From Ginglymostoma cirratum (taxonomy: Eukaryota), in the NCBI GenBank assembly GCA_024137785.1, contig JAHRHZ010000130.1, forward strand, positions 2,488,365 to 2,552,364: DNA of 64,000 bases, given 5' to 3'. This document shows positions 51,301 through 62,481 of this stretch, in pieces. The translations under genes and the position numbers were made by a program. The notes beneath the pieces are model-generated. The model saw only the letters and a program-made list of their open reading frames with translations. It was not told the DNA's origin and made no database searches. Numbering within the stretch: the first letter of the stretch is position 1; each line of letters starts with the position of its first letter.

Positions 51301-52135
51301 TTCCTGGATGCTCCTTACGAATTCTGCTCCATCTAAACCCCTAACACTAAGTGAATCCCAGTCAATGCTGGGAAAATTAAAATCTCCCATCACCACCACC
51401 CTGTTGCTCCTACATCTTTCCATAATCTGTCTACATATTTATGCGTCTATCTCACACTTGCTGTTGGGAGGCCTGTAGTACAGCCCCAACATTGTTACCG
51501 CACCCTTCCTATTTCTGAGCTCTGCCCATATTGCCTCACTGCTCGAGTCCCCCATAGTGCCTTCCTTCAGCACAAGTGACCAGTAATGCAACTTCTCCAC
51601 CCCTTTTACCTCCCTCTCTATCCCGCCTGAAGCATCTATAACCTGGGATATTTAGTTGCCAATCTTGCCCTTCCCTCAACCAAGTCTCAGTAATAGCAAT
51701 AACAGGTACTAATCCAAGCCCTAAGTTCATCTGCCTTACCTACTACACTTCTCTCATTAAAACAAATGCACCTCAGACCACCTGTCCCTTTGTGTTCATC
51801 ATCTGCTCTCTGCCTCCTCTTCTAACCTCTACTAACCTCCTCATTTGGTTCCCATCCCCCTGCCACATTCGTTTCAACCCTCCCCAACAGCGTTAGCAAA
51901 AGCAGCCCCTAGGACATTGGTTCCAGTCCTGCCCAGGTGTAGACCGTCCGATTTGTAATCGTCCCACCTCCCCCAGAACCGGTCCCAATGTCCCAAAAAT
52001 CTGAACCACTCCCTCCTGCACTATCTCTCAAGCCACTCATTTATCCTGCCTGTTCTTCATTTCAACTCTGACTAGCACATGGGACTGGTAGCATTCCTGA
52101 GATTACTACCTCTGAGGTCCTACTTTTTAACTTGT
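48370..52135 (-). mobile_element. Near full-length, relatively young CR1/HER1-like LINE ORF2 (APE endonuclease plus RT) with a nested CR1 3' piece (~50250-50800)
   Basis: Collinear ORF fragments: AITETWL, VMGDFNFPSIDW, SDHNSISF, DKSPGPDGIYPRLL, QHGFVQGRSCLTNL, GVPQGSVLGPLLF, FSDD, RPHLEYCVQFW. The nested copy ends in an (AGAACAY)n tail at 50252-50292. Confidence 0.95.
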
Positions 52136-52869
52136 ATGTCACGTATTTTCAAAAAAAAATTCCTGGACACTTTATATACATTTTTCACCCTCAAAGCCTC
52201 TAATATTGTTTGAAATCTAGTTGATGTTGTGATAGTTACAGTCTCCTATTACTGTCCTTTTATTCTGACAGGTGGAAATTCTATCTCCTCTCACTATTTG
52301 GGGATCTGTAGTGCCGTATACTCCTAGTAGTGTGAATGCCCCTTTTTTTATTCCTAAACTCAACTCAAAGTCTCATTTGTTAACTGTTTAATATGTCATC
52401 CCATTTCACAACTGTAATTAATTCTTTTTTTTCACCCATTCTACCCTTCCTGAAATCTCTATATCCATATTCTGCATCTACTGCTCCTGATGTGGCTTTC
52501 TCTACATCAGTGAGGATATTGAGCTGCCAATTTAGCCCCTCCTTTAACCAGGTTTCCATTTAGCAAAAATATTGTGCTGCCAAGTGTCTATCTGTACCCT
52601 CAGTTCATCTGCCTTTATTGTAAATGCTTCTCACACTGAAATATAAACAGCTCAACCACACCAATTTCCTTTGCTGGATCCTTTTTACTCCTTGTTTCTT
52701 TTGCCTTTGAGATGTTGACCACGTCACAACTTGATGTTTGACCTCTCGTTTCCTAATATGAATCTGACCAATCTAAATCGACACTTCGGTGTGGCCTTAC
52801 TAATTTAAAACTTCATCAGCAGAACTAGCAAAAGTCCCAAAAGGATATTTGTCCCAGCTCTGCCCAGCC

Positions 52870-53200
52870 CTCATGGCAGGATTCAATTGTCTCTTTGTGT
52901 CTTCCAAGTGGTATTAAAGAAAATCTTTAAAGCAATGTCCAGTCTCTCTTTCCAATCTGGCATAGCATTTGCTTCATTTGTGTTAATCCTCTGGATGCAG
53001 ATGCTGTCCTTCCTGGGTTAGGTTTGCTCCAGTTACCATCTCACTGCGTCACACTGCAGGCTGACATTTTTTTAAGTCATAGCACTTTAGCACTAATGCT
53101 GCTATTACTCGTTGCTTGTATTTAGTAAATATAGCTTCTTGTTCTGTGCCCAAATACATATTGGCAATAACTTAGCCTAATAGTTGACATTCCAACAACA
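52870..53200 (-). mobile_element. Degenerate Gypsy RT-RNase H segment, probably the same element as the 54.8-55.5 kb gag
   Basis: Frameshifted translation TEQEAIFTKYKQRVIAALVLKCYDLKK-VSLQCDA-...TQEG...YAQI resembles the Gypsy APVLxYYD/LQCDAS/YAQIEKE motifs. Confidence 0.6.
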
Positions 53201-53454
53201 AATTGGGCAAGAATTTCAAAGAATACATAATGAATCCAACAAATTGTTGTGCTGTGATTACGTCTGCTGGTCGCTGCATTGCTGCTGCAGTTCTCACTTT
53301 TTCATAGAACCAAAATCACAACAATGTGGAAACAGGCCATTTGGCCCATCAAGACCACCAAGTCAATCAAGACCTTCCAAAGAGCATCCCACCTAAACAA
53401 AACCCCTATCCTCACCATGAATTTCCCATGGCTAATCTACCCACCTTGTATTGC

Positions 53455-54530
53455 TGGTTCCACTCCCGCACATCACAGATGTCCTCCTGTTTCAAGGACC
53501 GCAATTTCCCCTCTCCAGTGATCAAAAATGCCCTCAACTGCATCTCTTGCATTTTCTGCACATCCCCCCGCTCCCCAAAAAAATGCAGAATTCCCCTTGA
53601 CCTCACATATCACCCCATCAAACTCCACATCCAACGTATCATTCTCCGCCACTTCAGCCACCTACAATCCGACCCCACAACCAAAGATATATTTCCCTCC
53701 CCACTAGCTATCTTTAGTAGGGACTGCTGTCTTCATGAGTCCCTCATCCGCTCCACACTCCCCACTAACCTCACAACCCCCAGCACCTTTCCCTGCCACT
53801 GCAGGAAGTGCGACACCTGCCCCTACCCTGCCCCACTCACCTCCATTCAAGGCAGGAAACAAACCTTCCACATTAGACAGAGGTTCACCTGCACATACGT
53901 CAACATGGTCTTCCGCATCTGCTGCTCCTGATGTGGCCTTCTCTACATCAGTGAGATCAAGCAGAGGTTTGGAGACCATTTTGTAGAGCATCTGTGCTCT
54001 GGTCGCGACAAACGACAACACCTTTCGGTCGCGAACTATTTTAACTCCTCCTCCCATTCCCTGGGTGAATGTCCATCCTCCAATGTCAAAATGACACCAC
54101 CCGCAAACTGGAGGAGCAGCACCTCATTTTTCGCCTTGGGAGCCTACAGCCCCGTGGTCTAAACATGGATTTTACCAGTTTCAAAATCTCCCCACCACTG
54201 GCCTCATCCCATGACCAACACTCCCTCTCATCCCCGCCTCCTTGACCTGACACAACCTGCCCATCTTGTCTCCCGCCTATCCGCATCACCCCCCCCACCT
54301 CACTGATCAATCCCCACCACTCCCTATCTCCACTCACCTACATTCCCCAGCCCCACCCCTCGTCTCTCTATTTACTTCTGAGCTCCATTCCCCATCCCCA
54401 TTTCTGAAGAAGGGTCCTGAACCGAAACATCAACTTACCTGCTCCTCTGATGCTGCCTGGCCTGCCGTGTTCCTCCAGCTCCATACTGTGCTATCTCTGA
54501 CTCCAGCATCTGCAGTTCTTGCTATCTCTA
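53455..54530 (+). mobile_element. 5'-truncated Penelope-like element (GIY-YIG region and 3' end) inserted in an HE1 SINE
   Basis: ORF 53326..53931 is homologous to the 37-38 kb endonuclease region (RIPLDLTYHP, SDPTTKDIFPSP, CRKCDTCP). It has the same 3' tail. HE1 halves flank it at ~53303-53450 and ~54530-54712. Confidence 0.9.
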
Positions 54531-54789
54531 CCCAGCCTGTACATCCCTGGACACTATGGGGCAATTTAACATAGCCTATCCACTGTGGGAGGAAACCCTC
54601 AGACATGAGGAGAATGTGCAAACTCCACACAGACACCAGAGGCTGGAACCGAACCCAGGTTTCTGGCACTGTGAGTCTGCAGTGCTAACCACTGAGCTAC
54701 CATGCCACCCAGCATATCCTTTTCAGGAGATAGGAAAAACATCTTGCCAATATTTCTCTAGGGGTCATCTGAATCTGCCTGCACACTTC

Positions 54790-55480
54790 CTTCTAGCCAT
54801 ACACTTATGTGAAAAATGATCCACCTTCTTGCAGTGAGAACACTGCTCTCCCCACACTGGATACATCTTCTTTGCACAATGACCTCTGCAGTCGTTGCAC
54901 CCTGCACTTTGTCTCTGATTGTTTTGCCGTGTGAGTATCTGTCAGCATAGCGGAATACCTGGTCTGTTCTGCCATGAATATGTTCTCGTTACTAAAACCT
55001 CAGTGCTTCTTTGAAATGTCAATTGCTCTCCTAAGTTTTCTTCTCTCAGCAGATGCGCTTTCACTTCTGGGTCCATTATATTTAATACAACCCTGTCTTT
55101 TAACTAGGTTATCCTTTAATTTTGCAAAATCACAGCTTTTTGCATGCTAAGCAAATGATATTACACATTTATCAGTGGAGTCTCCTTCACTTTGATCCTT
55201 AATATTGAATACATACAATTCATGTATAACGTTTGTTTGGGATTTAGAGTATGCTTTCAAAGCTTTTAAAATTCATGTTGTGTACTTTCTTTGCTCTTCA
55301 GAGAGATTTAGAGTGGAATATATTTTCAGACAGTCTCTTCCAAACCATGGTAAAAGTATTGTGTTTTGGTTCGCTCAACAAATCCACTGCAATTTCATAA
55401 TTCTACCATTGTGTGTGGAAGAAATTCCAATTTTGCTTCCTGTCTCCTGTCATTTGAACAGGAGCTGGTAAAGGAAAAGC
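54790..55480 (-). mobile_element. Degenerate Gypsy gag with CCHC zinc knuckle
   Basis: Manual translation: PAPVQMTGDRKQNWNFFHTQW...AKSCDFAKLKDNLVK/DRVVLNIMDPEVKAHLLREE...PVWGEQ-CSHCKKVDHFSHKC (CX2CX4HX4C). Confidence 0.7.
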
Positions 55481-56014
55481 TGCAGGCATTTTCTTTTAAT
55501 CAATATTTTAACTGTGGCTTGCTTTGTGGTTTTTTTAATTCTGCAGGCAAACCACAGCTCTGCATGTAGCTGCATCTCCATCCGTAGATGTTCTTTCTTA
55601 GAGCCATGCAATACTCAACTCTGAATCATGTTTCAAGTATACAACAGTGTGTTCAATACAAGGACTTCTACTCCAGCGAAGCCAAATACAGTGTTTGTGC
55701 CTGATATTAGAGGTCACATGTCTACAGCAGACTAGGAAGGACATAATGCATCTCAATCCAAGTACATGTTCACTATTGAAGCTCATGGTGCTTACGAGCC
55801 TATAGATAGATAAAACAAACACAGTGTTGGAGAAAATCAGTAGGTCTGGCAGCATCCATGCAAAGAGAAATAGGGTTAATGTTTCAAGTCAGGTATAACT
55901 CTGCTTCAGAGCTACCAATAAATAGATATATCATACAATCATAGAATCATAGGAGTCTACAGCACAGAAAAAGGCTTGTATCCCATTAAGTCTGCAACAG
56001 TCAAAAACAACTGG

Positions 56015-56350
56015 CTAAGTTTGAGGTTTCTGAGAAGATTTTGTAACTTGGGTTGTGATGGGATCGTTGACTTGCTTGCTGAGCTGGTATTTTGTCCGTA
56101 AACATTCTGTCACCATGCTAGGTGACATTATCAGTGCGCCTCCGGTGAAGTGTTGGTGTTCTGTCCCACTTGCTAGTTATGTGTCTTGGTTTGTTGGGGT
56201 AGGTGGCATCACTTCTGGATTTGTTTCTCCGTGGTCGGTATATGGGGTCCAGCTCTATATGTTTGTTAATGGAGTTCTGGTTTGAGTGCCAGGGCTCCAG
56301 GAATTCTAGTGTGTGTGTCTTTGCTTGGCTACATTGTCCCAGTTAAATTG
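56015..56350 (-). mobile_element. 3' end of a second, divergent Penelope-like family
   Basis: Minus strand reads ...NWDNVAKQRHTLEFLEPWHSNQNSINKHIELDPIYRP..., resembling a GIY-YIG C-terminus, followed by a degenerate hammerhead with GTCACC/GGTGAC stem at 56101-56134. Confidence 0.6.
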
Positions 56351-56359
56351 GTATCTCTC

Positions 56360-58190
56360 TTTGTCCACACTCAGCAGAAGGATTCCTTGGATCTAATCAG
56401 TTGTTGCCTTCGCTATCAGTCTCTCTTATAGAATCTTATCAAAAGTCTTGTAGAAGTCCAAGTAGACTACATCAAATCCATTGCCCTCATTTACATACCT
56501 GGTTATCTCTTCGAAAAATTCAGTCAGGTTGGTCAGAGATGACATCTCCTGAAGAAAACTATGCTGAATGTTCTTGATTAATCCCCACCATTCCGAGTAC
56601 AGATTAATTCTGTCCCTCAGAATTACTTCTAATAGTTTCTCCACCACTAAGGTTGGGCTGACTGGCCTGTATTTTCCTTGTTTATCTCCTGTTCGATTCC
56701 TGAACAAGTCCTCTGGCACCTCTCCTGTGGTTAGAGAGGAACTCAAAATTATTGCAGCATCCATGCTATTTCCTCTCTTGCCTCACTCAACAGCCTGGGA
56801 AACATTTCATCCAGCCCTGGAGACTGGTATTACTTTTAAGCCTGCCAGACCACTCAGAACCTCCTCTCTGTTTATGTTATTTTCTCTAAGTATATCACAG
56901 TCCTTCTCTCTGACTGCTATACCTATACTGTCCTTCTCACTGGTGAATATCAATGCAGAGTACTCATTTAGAACCCTACCTATATCGTCTGGCTCCACAC
57001 ACAAATTACCAATGTGATCCTTATTGGGACCTACTCTTTCTCTAATTATCCTTTCATCCTTCATGTACTTACATAATAACTTAGGATTTTCCTGTACCTT
57101 ATCTGTCATTGTTCTTTCACACCTCATTTTCACTCTCCTAATTTCTCTTCACTTTTCCCCTTACACATTCTGTACTCCTCTGGAGCTTTTGCTGTTTTGA
57201 GCCCTCAGTATCTGTCAAAACCTCCCTTTTTCACTTTATCCAATCCTGTTTATCCCTTGATATCCAGAGTTCACAGGATTTATCGGTCCCACCCTTTGTC
57301 TTTATTGAAACATGTTGGCTTTATACTCCCCTTACTTCCTTCACACTGCTCTGACACAGGTTTATCAAAATGTAATTGTTTCCAGTCCACTCTGGCCAAA
57401 TTATACCTGATGTTCTTAAAATCAGCCTTCCCCCAGTTTAGAATTTTAATTTCATGCCCAAATGTCACTGTATTAATACAGAACTCAGAATTCCATGAAT
57501 TTGAGCAATTGAATGATGATCTCTTGAAAGGCATAAGATATCCTATTATGACATTGCGACTGCTAAGAGAATCTGATTCTCAAAATAGTTATAAACATTT
57601 GCAGAAGCTCTGAGCTTGTGAGCCAACAGCTACAACACATATTTGGGAAGTTTGTCTACAAGATGGAGAAGCAGCTTAGACCTGTGCACTATTTTGATAA
57701 GCAGCTCAGACTTGTTCACTATGTTTAAAGGCAGACTTGTCCTTTGCAACAATGTGGAGAAAAGCAATTGTAAACTCAGGGCATCAGCAGAAAGATCAAA
57801 GTTGAAAAATGAGTTGCAAATATTGTGGAGATCATCACATAAAATAAAAGGCTATGTACTTTGGTAAAAGAATAGAGGTATTGATCATTTTCTAAACAGG
57901 GAAAGGCTACAGAAGTCTGAAGCACAAAGCAACTTGCGAGTTCTTGTCATAGGATTCTCTTAAGGTTAACGCGCAGGTTCAAATGGCAGTTAGAAAGGCA
58001 AATACAATGTTACCATTCATTTCAGGAGGGCTAGAATAGAACAGCAGAGACATACTGCTCAGACTGTATGTGTTTCTGGTCAGACAGCATTTGGAATATT
58101 TCGAGCAGTTTTCAGCCTGTCTCAGAGGAAGGGTATACTGGCCTTTAAGGGGGTCCAGAGGTTTACAAGAATGATCCTGGAGATGAAGGG
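56360..58190. mobile_element. CR1 fragments (minus ~56360-57470, plus ~57650-58190)
   Basis: ORFs 56426..56764 (GEVPED, YRPVS, VVYLDFYKTFDK) and 56807..57133. Confidence 0.8.
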
Positions 58191-59766
58191 CTGAATATAC
58201 CCGATTGACATCACACGCTGTCAGTGCGCAGGCACCATGTCGGTCCGAGTTTGGCAATACGTAGTGTCAGTGATGACCACGGGGAAAGATGATCCCTGTC
58301 TCATTTGCAGACAGTCAGGAGTAAAAGCTCAGAAAGAGCAACAGACATTGCAGGGGGTTGGAAAAGTTTCCTAAAGGCATTTAGACGGCGTAAAGAGCTG
58401 GGGGATGGGTGGGAAAGTTATTTGAAATTAGAGAACTCAACATTGATTCCTCCAGATGTAAACAAACAGGTGGCTGGAAGAACACAGCAAGCCATGCAGC
58501 ATCTGGAGGAAAGGAGAAGTCAGTGTTTCAGGTCTCACCCTTCAGGACTGGATGCGGGTGTAGGGGGAGCTGCAGATAAAGGGAGGAAGGGGTGTCCAGT
58601 TGGCAACTGGCCCTGAGTAGAACCAGGACTTTTAAGATGAACAATGAAGATTTGCAACAGTTTCATCCATTCCCCAGGTTATAGGTGATATTACAGCATC
58701 AAATAGATTGTGGACCATCTGTCTTTTCACTGTTGCCTGAAAGGGTTGCTCCTGCATTTCGTTTAAAGATAATTCTGCCTCACACTCCTGATTATTTAGT
58801 TTTTTTAGAAAAAACTTTGTTAAAATATGTTCTTGATGGAACATTGAAATCCAGAGGATTTTAAGTCTCTTCAAGTATGCAGGAGGACTCAACTGGCTCT
58901 CGTTTTTTTTATGGTATCAGAAAACAAACATCTTACAACATGGATCTTACAGTGACGCGCGGGCTAAGTGGATTAGCCATGGTAAATGTAGGGTTACAGG
59001 GATAGGGCTGGGGTCGGGGTGGCTTGCTGTTTGGAAGGTTGGCACAGACTCAGTGGACCTAATTGCTTCTTTCTACTCTGTAGAATTCTAGGATTTAATG
59101 TTTTTGAAAACAGAAAGCACCAGAGAATGCCATCAGGTCTGGAAACATCTGTGGTAGGAGCAACAGAGTTAACACATGAAATAATGACCTCTTTGGAGCA
59201 TGTTCCACAGATGCTGCCAGAGCTGGTAAAATTTTTCCAACACTTCCATGTTAGATTTAGATTTACTATCACATGTATACAAAAATACAATGAAAAGTGT
59301 TTTCTCTTGTGCAATACGCAAACTGTCGTCATGCTCTAACACCATCTTGAAACCCTGAATATCAAGCAAGATTTTACTGCAATAGAGTTCATCTTTCCCT
59401 CTTCTTGTTACCCTCCACTACTCCTCCATTTGCTGTTTGACATCAGCCAGGGTCTCTGTTACGGGCCAGCCTTTGCTGCCACTCTAACAACTGCTGTGTC
59501 TGAGCTGGAGCCATGGGCCTGATCTCATACCACCTGCTTCCCCCTCCAACACTCCTCCAGATGCTGCTGCCAGCCATTGGTCGCCGGAGTCCTGACTCCA
59601 GGCACCTCCACCACCGACGTTGAAGCCTCTGTGACCTCAGAACCGGAGCCAGTTATGGATCTGGTGCTGTACAGGGCTGGCCTCAGATGACTTCCCCATG
59701 GAAAAAAATTGCAGGAAAACACCAAACCTGCCATGCCACCAAAAAAAGAAGATGTGCAAGATGGTG

Positions 59767-60166
59767 NNNNNNNNNNNNNNNNNNNNNNNNNNNNNNNNNN
59801 NNNNNNNNNNNNNNNNNNNNNNNNNNNNNNNNNNNNNNNNNNNNNNNNNNNNNNNNNNNNNNNNNNNNNNNNNNNNNNNNNNNNNNNNNNNNNNNNNNNN
59901 NNNNNNNNNNNNNNNNNNNNNNNNNNNNNNNNNNNNNNNNNNNNNNNNNNNNNNNNNNNNNNNNNNNNNNNNNNNNNNNNNNNNNNNNNNNNNNNNNNNN
60001 NNNNNNNNNNNNNNNNNNNNNNNNNNNNNNNNNNNNNNNNNNNNNNNNNNNNNNNNNNNNNNNNNNNNNNNNNNNNNNNNNNNNNNNNNNNNNNNNNNNN
60101 NNNNNNNNNNNNNNNNNNNNNNNNNNNNNNNNNNNNNNNNNNNNNNNNNNNNNNNNNNNNNNNNNN
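59767..60166. other. Assembly gap (400 N)
   Basis: Run of N. ORFs spanning it are artefacts. Confidence 1.
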
Positions 60167-60375
60167 CTATCCTCTCCTCTATCCATCCTCTATCCGCCTC
60201 CCCCTCTCTCCCTTTTTATTTCAGAACCCTCTTCCCCTCCCCCATTTCTGATGAAGGGTTTAGGCCCGAAACGTCAAGTTTTCCTGCTCCTATGATGCTG
60301 CTTGACCTGCTGTGTGCATCCAGCCCCACGCTTGTTATCTCGGATTCTCCAGCATCTGCAGTACCTTTTATCTCC
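60167..60375 (+). mobile_element. Penelope 3' end running into the assembly gap
   Basis: Matches the reverse complement of 36953-37130. Confidence 0.85.
60244..60279 (+). ncRNA. Minimal type I hammerhead ribozyme in a Penelope 3' end
   Basis: attt-CTGATGA-A-GGGT ttag GCCC-GAAA-C-GTC-aagt: complete core, helix II, palindromic ACGT helix III and 4-bp helix I. Confidence 0.7.
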
Positions 60376-60568
60376 TTATAACTGCTTTTGGTCATCTCAT
60401 CTCACATGTCCAATGTTCCTATGAAATCACTCAAAACCTTACATTCTGTTAATAAAAACAGTCTATCACTGACTGAGTGAATGAGGCTGTATTAATGTAA
60501 CTCCAAGAAACACAGCTTGTTAGAATCGACCTGGAGAGAAGGAAGTTCCGAACTAACCAATGGACTTG

Positions 60569-60652
60569 AGATAACAAGGTGTAGAGCTGGATGAACACAG
60601 CAGGCCAAGCAGCATCAGAGGAGCAGGAAGACTGATGTTTTGGGCCTAGACC
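60569..60652 (-). mobile_element. Penelope tail mini-insertion
   Basis: Penelope 3' tail flanked by the perfect 16-bp TSD CTAACCAATGGACTTG (60553-60568 / 60653-60668). Confidence 0.85.
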
Positions 60653-61309
60653 CTAACCAATGGACTTGCTGTTCTCCACAACTGTGAAAAGGTGATTCTT
60701 TCTAAACGTTCCAAATTACCAATTAAGTGATCAAATATAATTTGTTGTCATGACTTGTATTATTTCGTGATTTTGAGCATATGTCTGGATTGACTTGCAG
60801 CTGAGGCACTACTTTAAGGACTGGAAGAGGGTGAATCTGGAGAGAAGAGAATCTGAAGAGTAGTAAGCGACAGAACAAAGAGTAGAAAAGGGAAGAAGTG
60901 TGTGGATCAGGCATTTACAGATTTGGGAGTAGGAAAGGAGATTGAAATTCCGAACAGATAATTCTATGCCAGACTGAGTGTGGTGGCGCTTGTAACCTCT
61001 GTTTAGAGGGGGTTAAAAGGGGATGATTTACACACACAAATCTCAAATCAAGAGAAATGATTGTGTATTCAGTCAGTCCAGAGTTGAAATCCAGTAGTGG
61101 CTCTTTCTTTGAACAACCCTTATAGGGTGTGATATGGGAAGGATTTGCAGATGGGAAACTCAAAACCAAACATTATATCCAGATCTTCTGTTATCATTTT
61201 ATTCATATTTGACTGGGTACTGATTATGGAAGGAGAAACATTAATCTGTTCTTTCTGTGGGGAAAGATTTAAATCAACAGTGTGACCAGAAAATCACCAG
61301 GACAAAGTA

Positions 61310-62250
61310 TCCAAGTAAAAATTTCAACTCAGGGTCAAACATGAACCAAGTGTGTGAAAGGCTTGGTTTAGTCTCAGACAGTCATCAGGTAACAGAATGG
61401 AGTTGGTCTAGAGGGGATGAAAACATGGTTTCAGTATTTACTGGGAGGAAATTTCTGCATTTCCACAACTCTATCAGAGAACAACATGATAATTTAACGT
61501 AAGTGGAGGGAGCTGGTGGTGAGGTACAGGTGGAAGCTATCAGCGCACATGTCAACTCAGTGTGTTTTCAGATGACATTACAAAGCATGTGGCCAAAAAA
61601 TAAGAAGATTCCAAGGCTGGATCCTCTGGGGAACAGCAGAGGAAAATGTGGGAGTGAGAAGGGAAGACACTGCCAGTGATCCTCTGGCTATGATTAGAAG
61701 AAGAAGAATGGAACAAGGAAAGAGCAGCTCCACCCAATTGGATGTCAATGGAGAAGTTCGAGCAGCGTGGTACGGTCAACCCTGTCAAAAGCTGTAGACA
61801 GATTGAGAAGGATGATTTTACCTTTGTCTCAGTCACCTAGGATGCCATTCTGACTTTCATGAGAGGTGTTTGGATGCAGCAGCAGAGATAAAGTCTTCAT
61901 TTTAAGGAACACAAATATGGAGTTTCAGGAAAAATGGCACTGATTTGGGAGGTGATAAAATGTTCAAGAATTTGAGAGGAAAGGATGGTTTGAGTTGGGA
62001 CAGTGGTTGTCAAGGACATGGGGTCAAATGTTTCTTATTTGAGGTGGTGGTGATGAAAGATTTGAAGTACAGAGGGAGAGTACTTGAAAAGAGAACTTTT
62101 AACAAAATTAATGGACATGGGGAAGAGAGGGGAATACGGTTGATGGACCAGGAGATGGGACTCATGAACAAAAGCAGAGGAAAAGAGGGAAGCAACTGAT
62201 TAAATGATCTTAATCTTCATGACAAAGAAGTTCCAGGAGATCCTCACATT
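61310..62250 (-). mobile_element. Old L2-like LINE fragment
   Basis: Degenerate minus-strand RT motifs (ttctcaatctgtctacagcttttgacagggttgacc = L-LS-AFD-VD; gttccccagaggatccagccttgg = VP-GS-LG). Confidence 0.5.
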
Positions 62251-62481
62251 TGTTGCTAGAAGTGATGTTGCAGGAGGCTGGAGAGTGACGGCCCTTCGAA
62301 AGAAACTCGTTTCTGTTAACAATATTTAAAAATACTTGGCAGACTGTTTAACACAAAGTTGATTTAGTTTATCCAGAATATCAATGCCTATGACTGGGCA
62401 GAAGTTTATTAGTATCAGCAGGACCCCAAAGAACACAATTCAGTCCTTGATCTGATTAACAGCAGAATCTCACCACTATAG

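Noticed and set aside
58195-58300. CpG-containing patch with TGACATCA and TGCGCA motifs as a possible promoter
   Set aside because: Too short, with no linked exon identified.
59683-60381. Long ORFs of 167-227 aa
   Set aside because: Artefacts of the 400-N gap.
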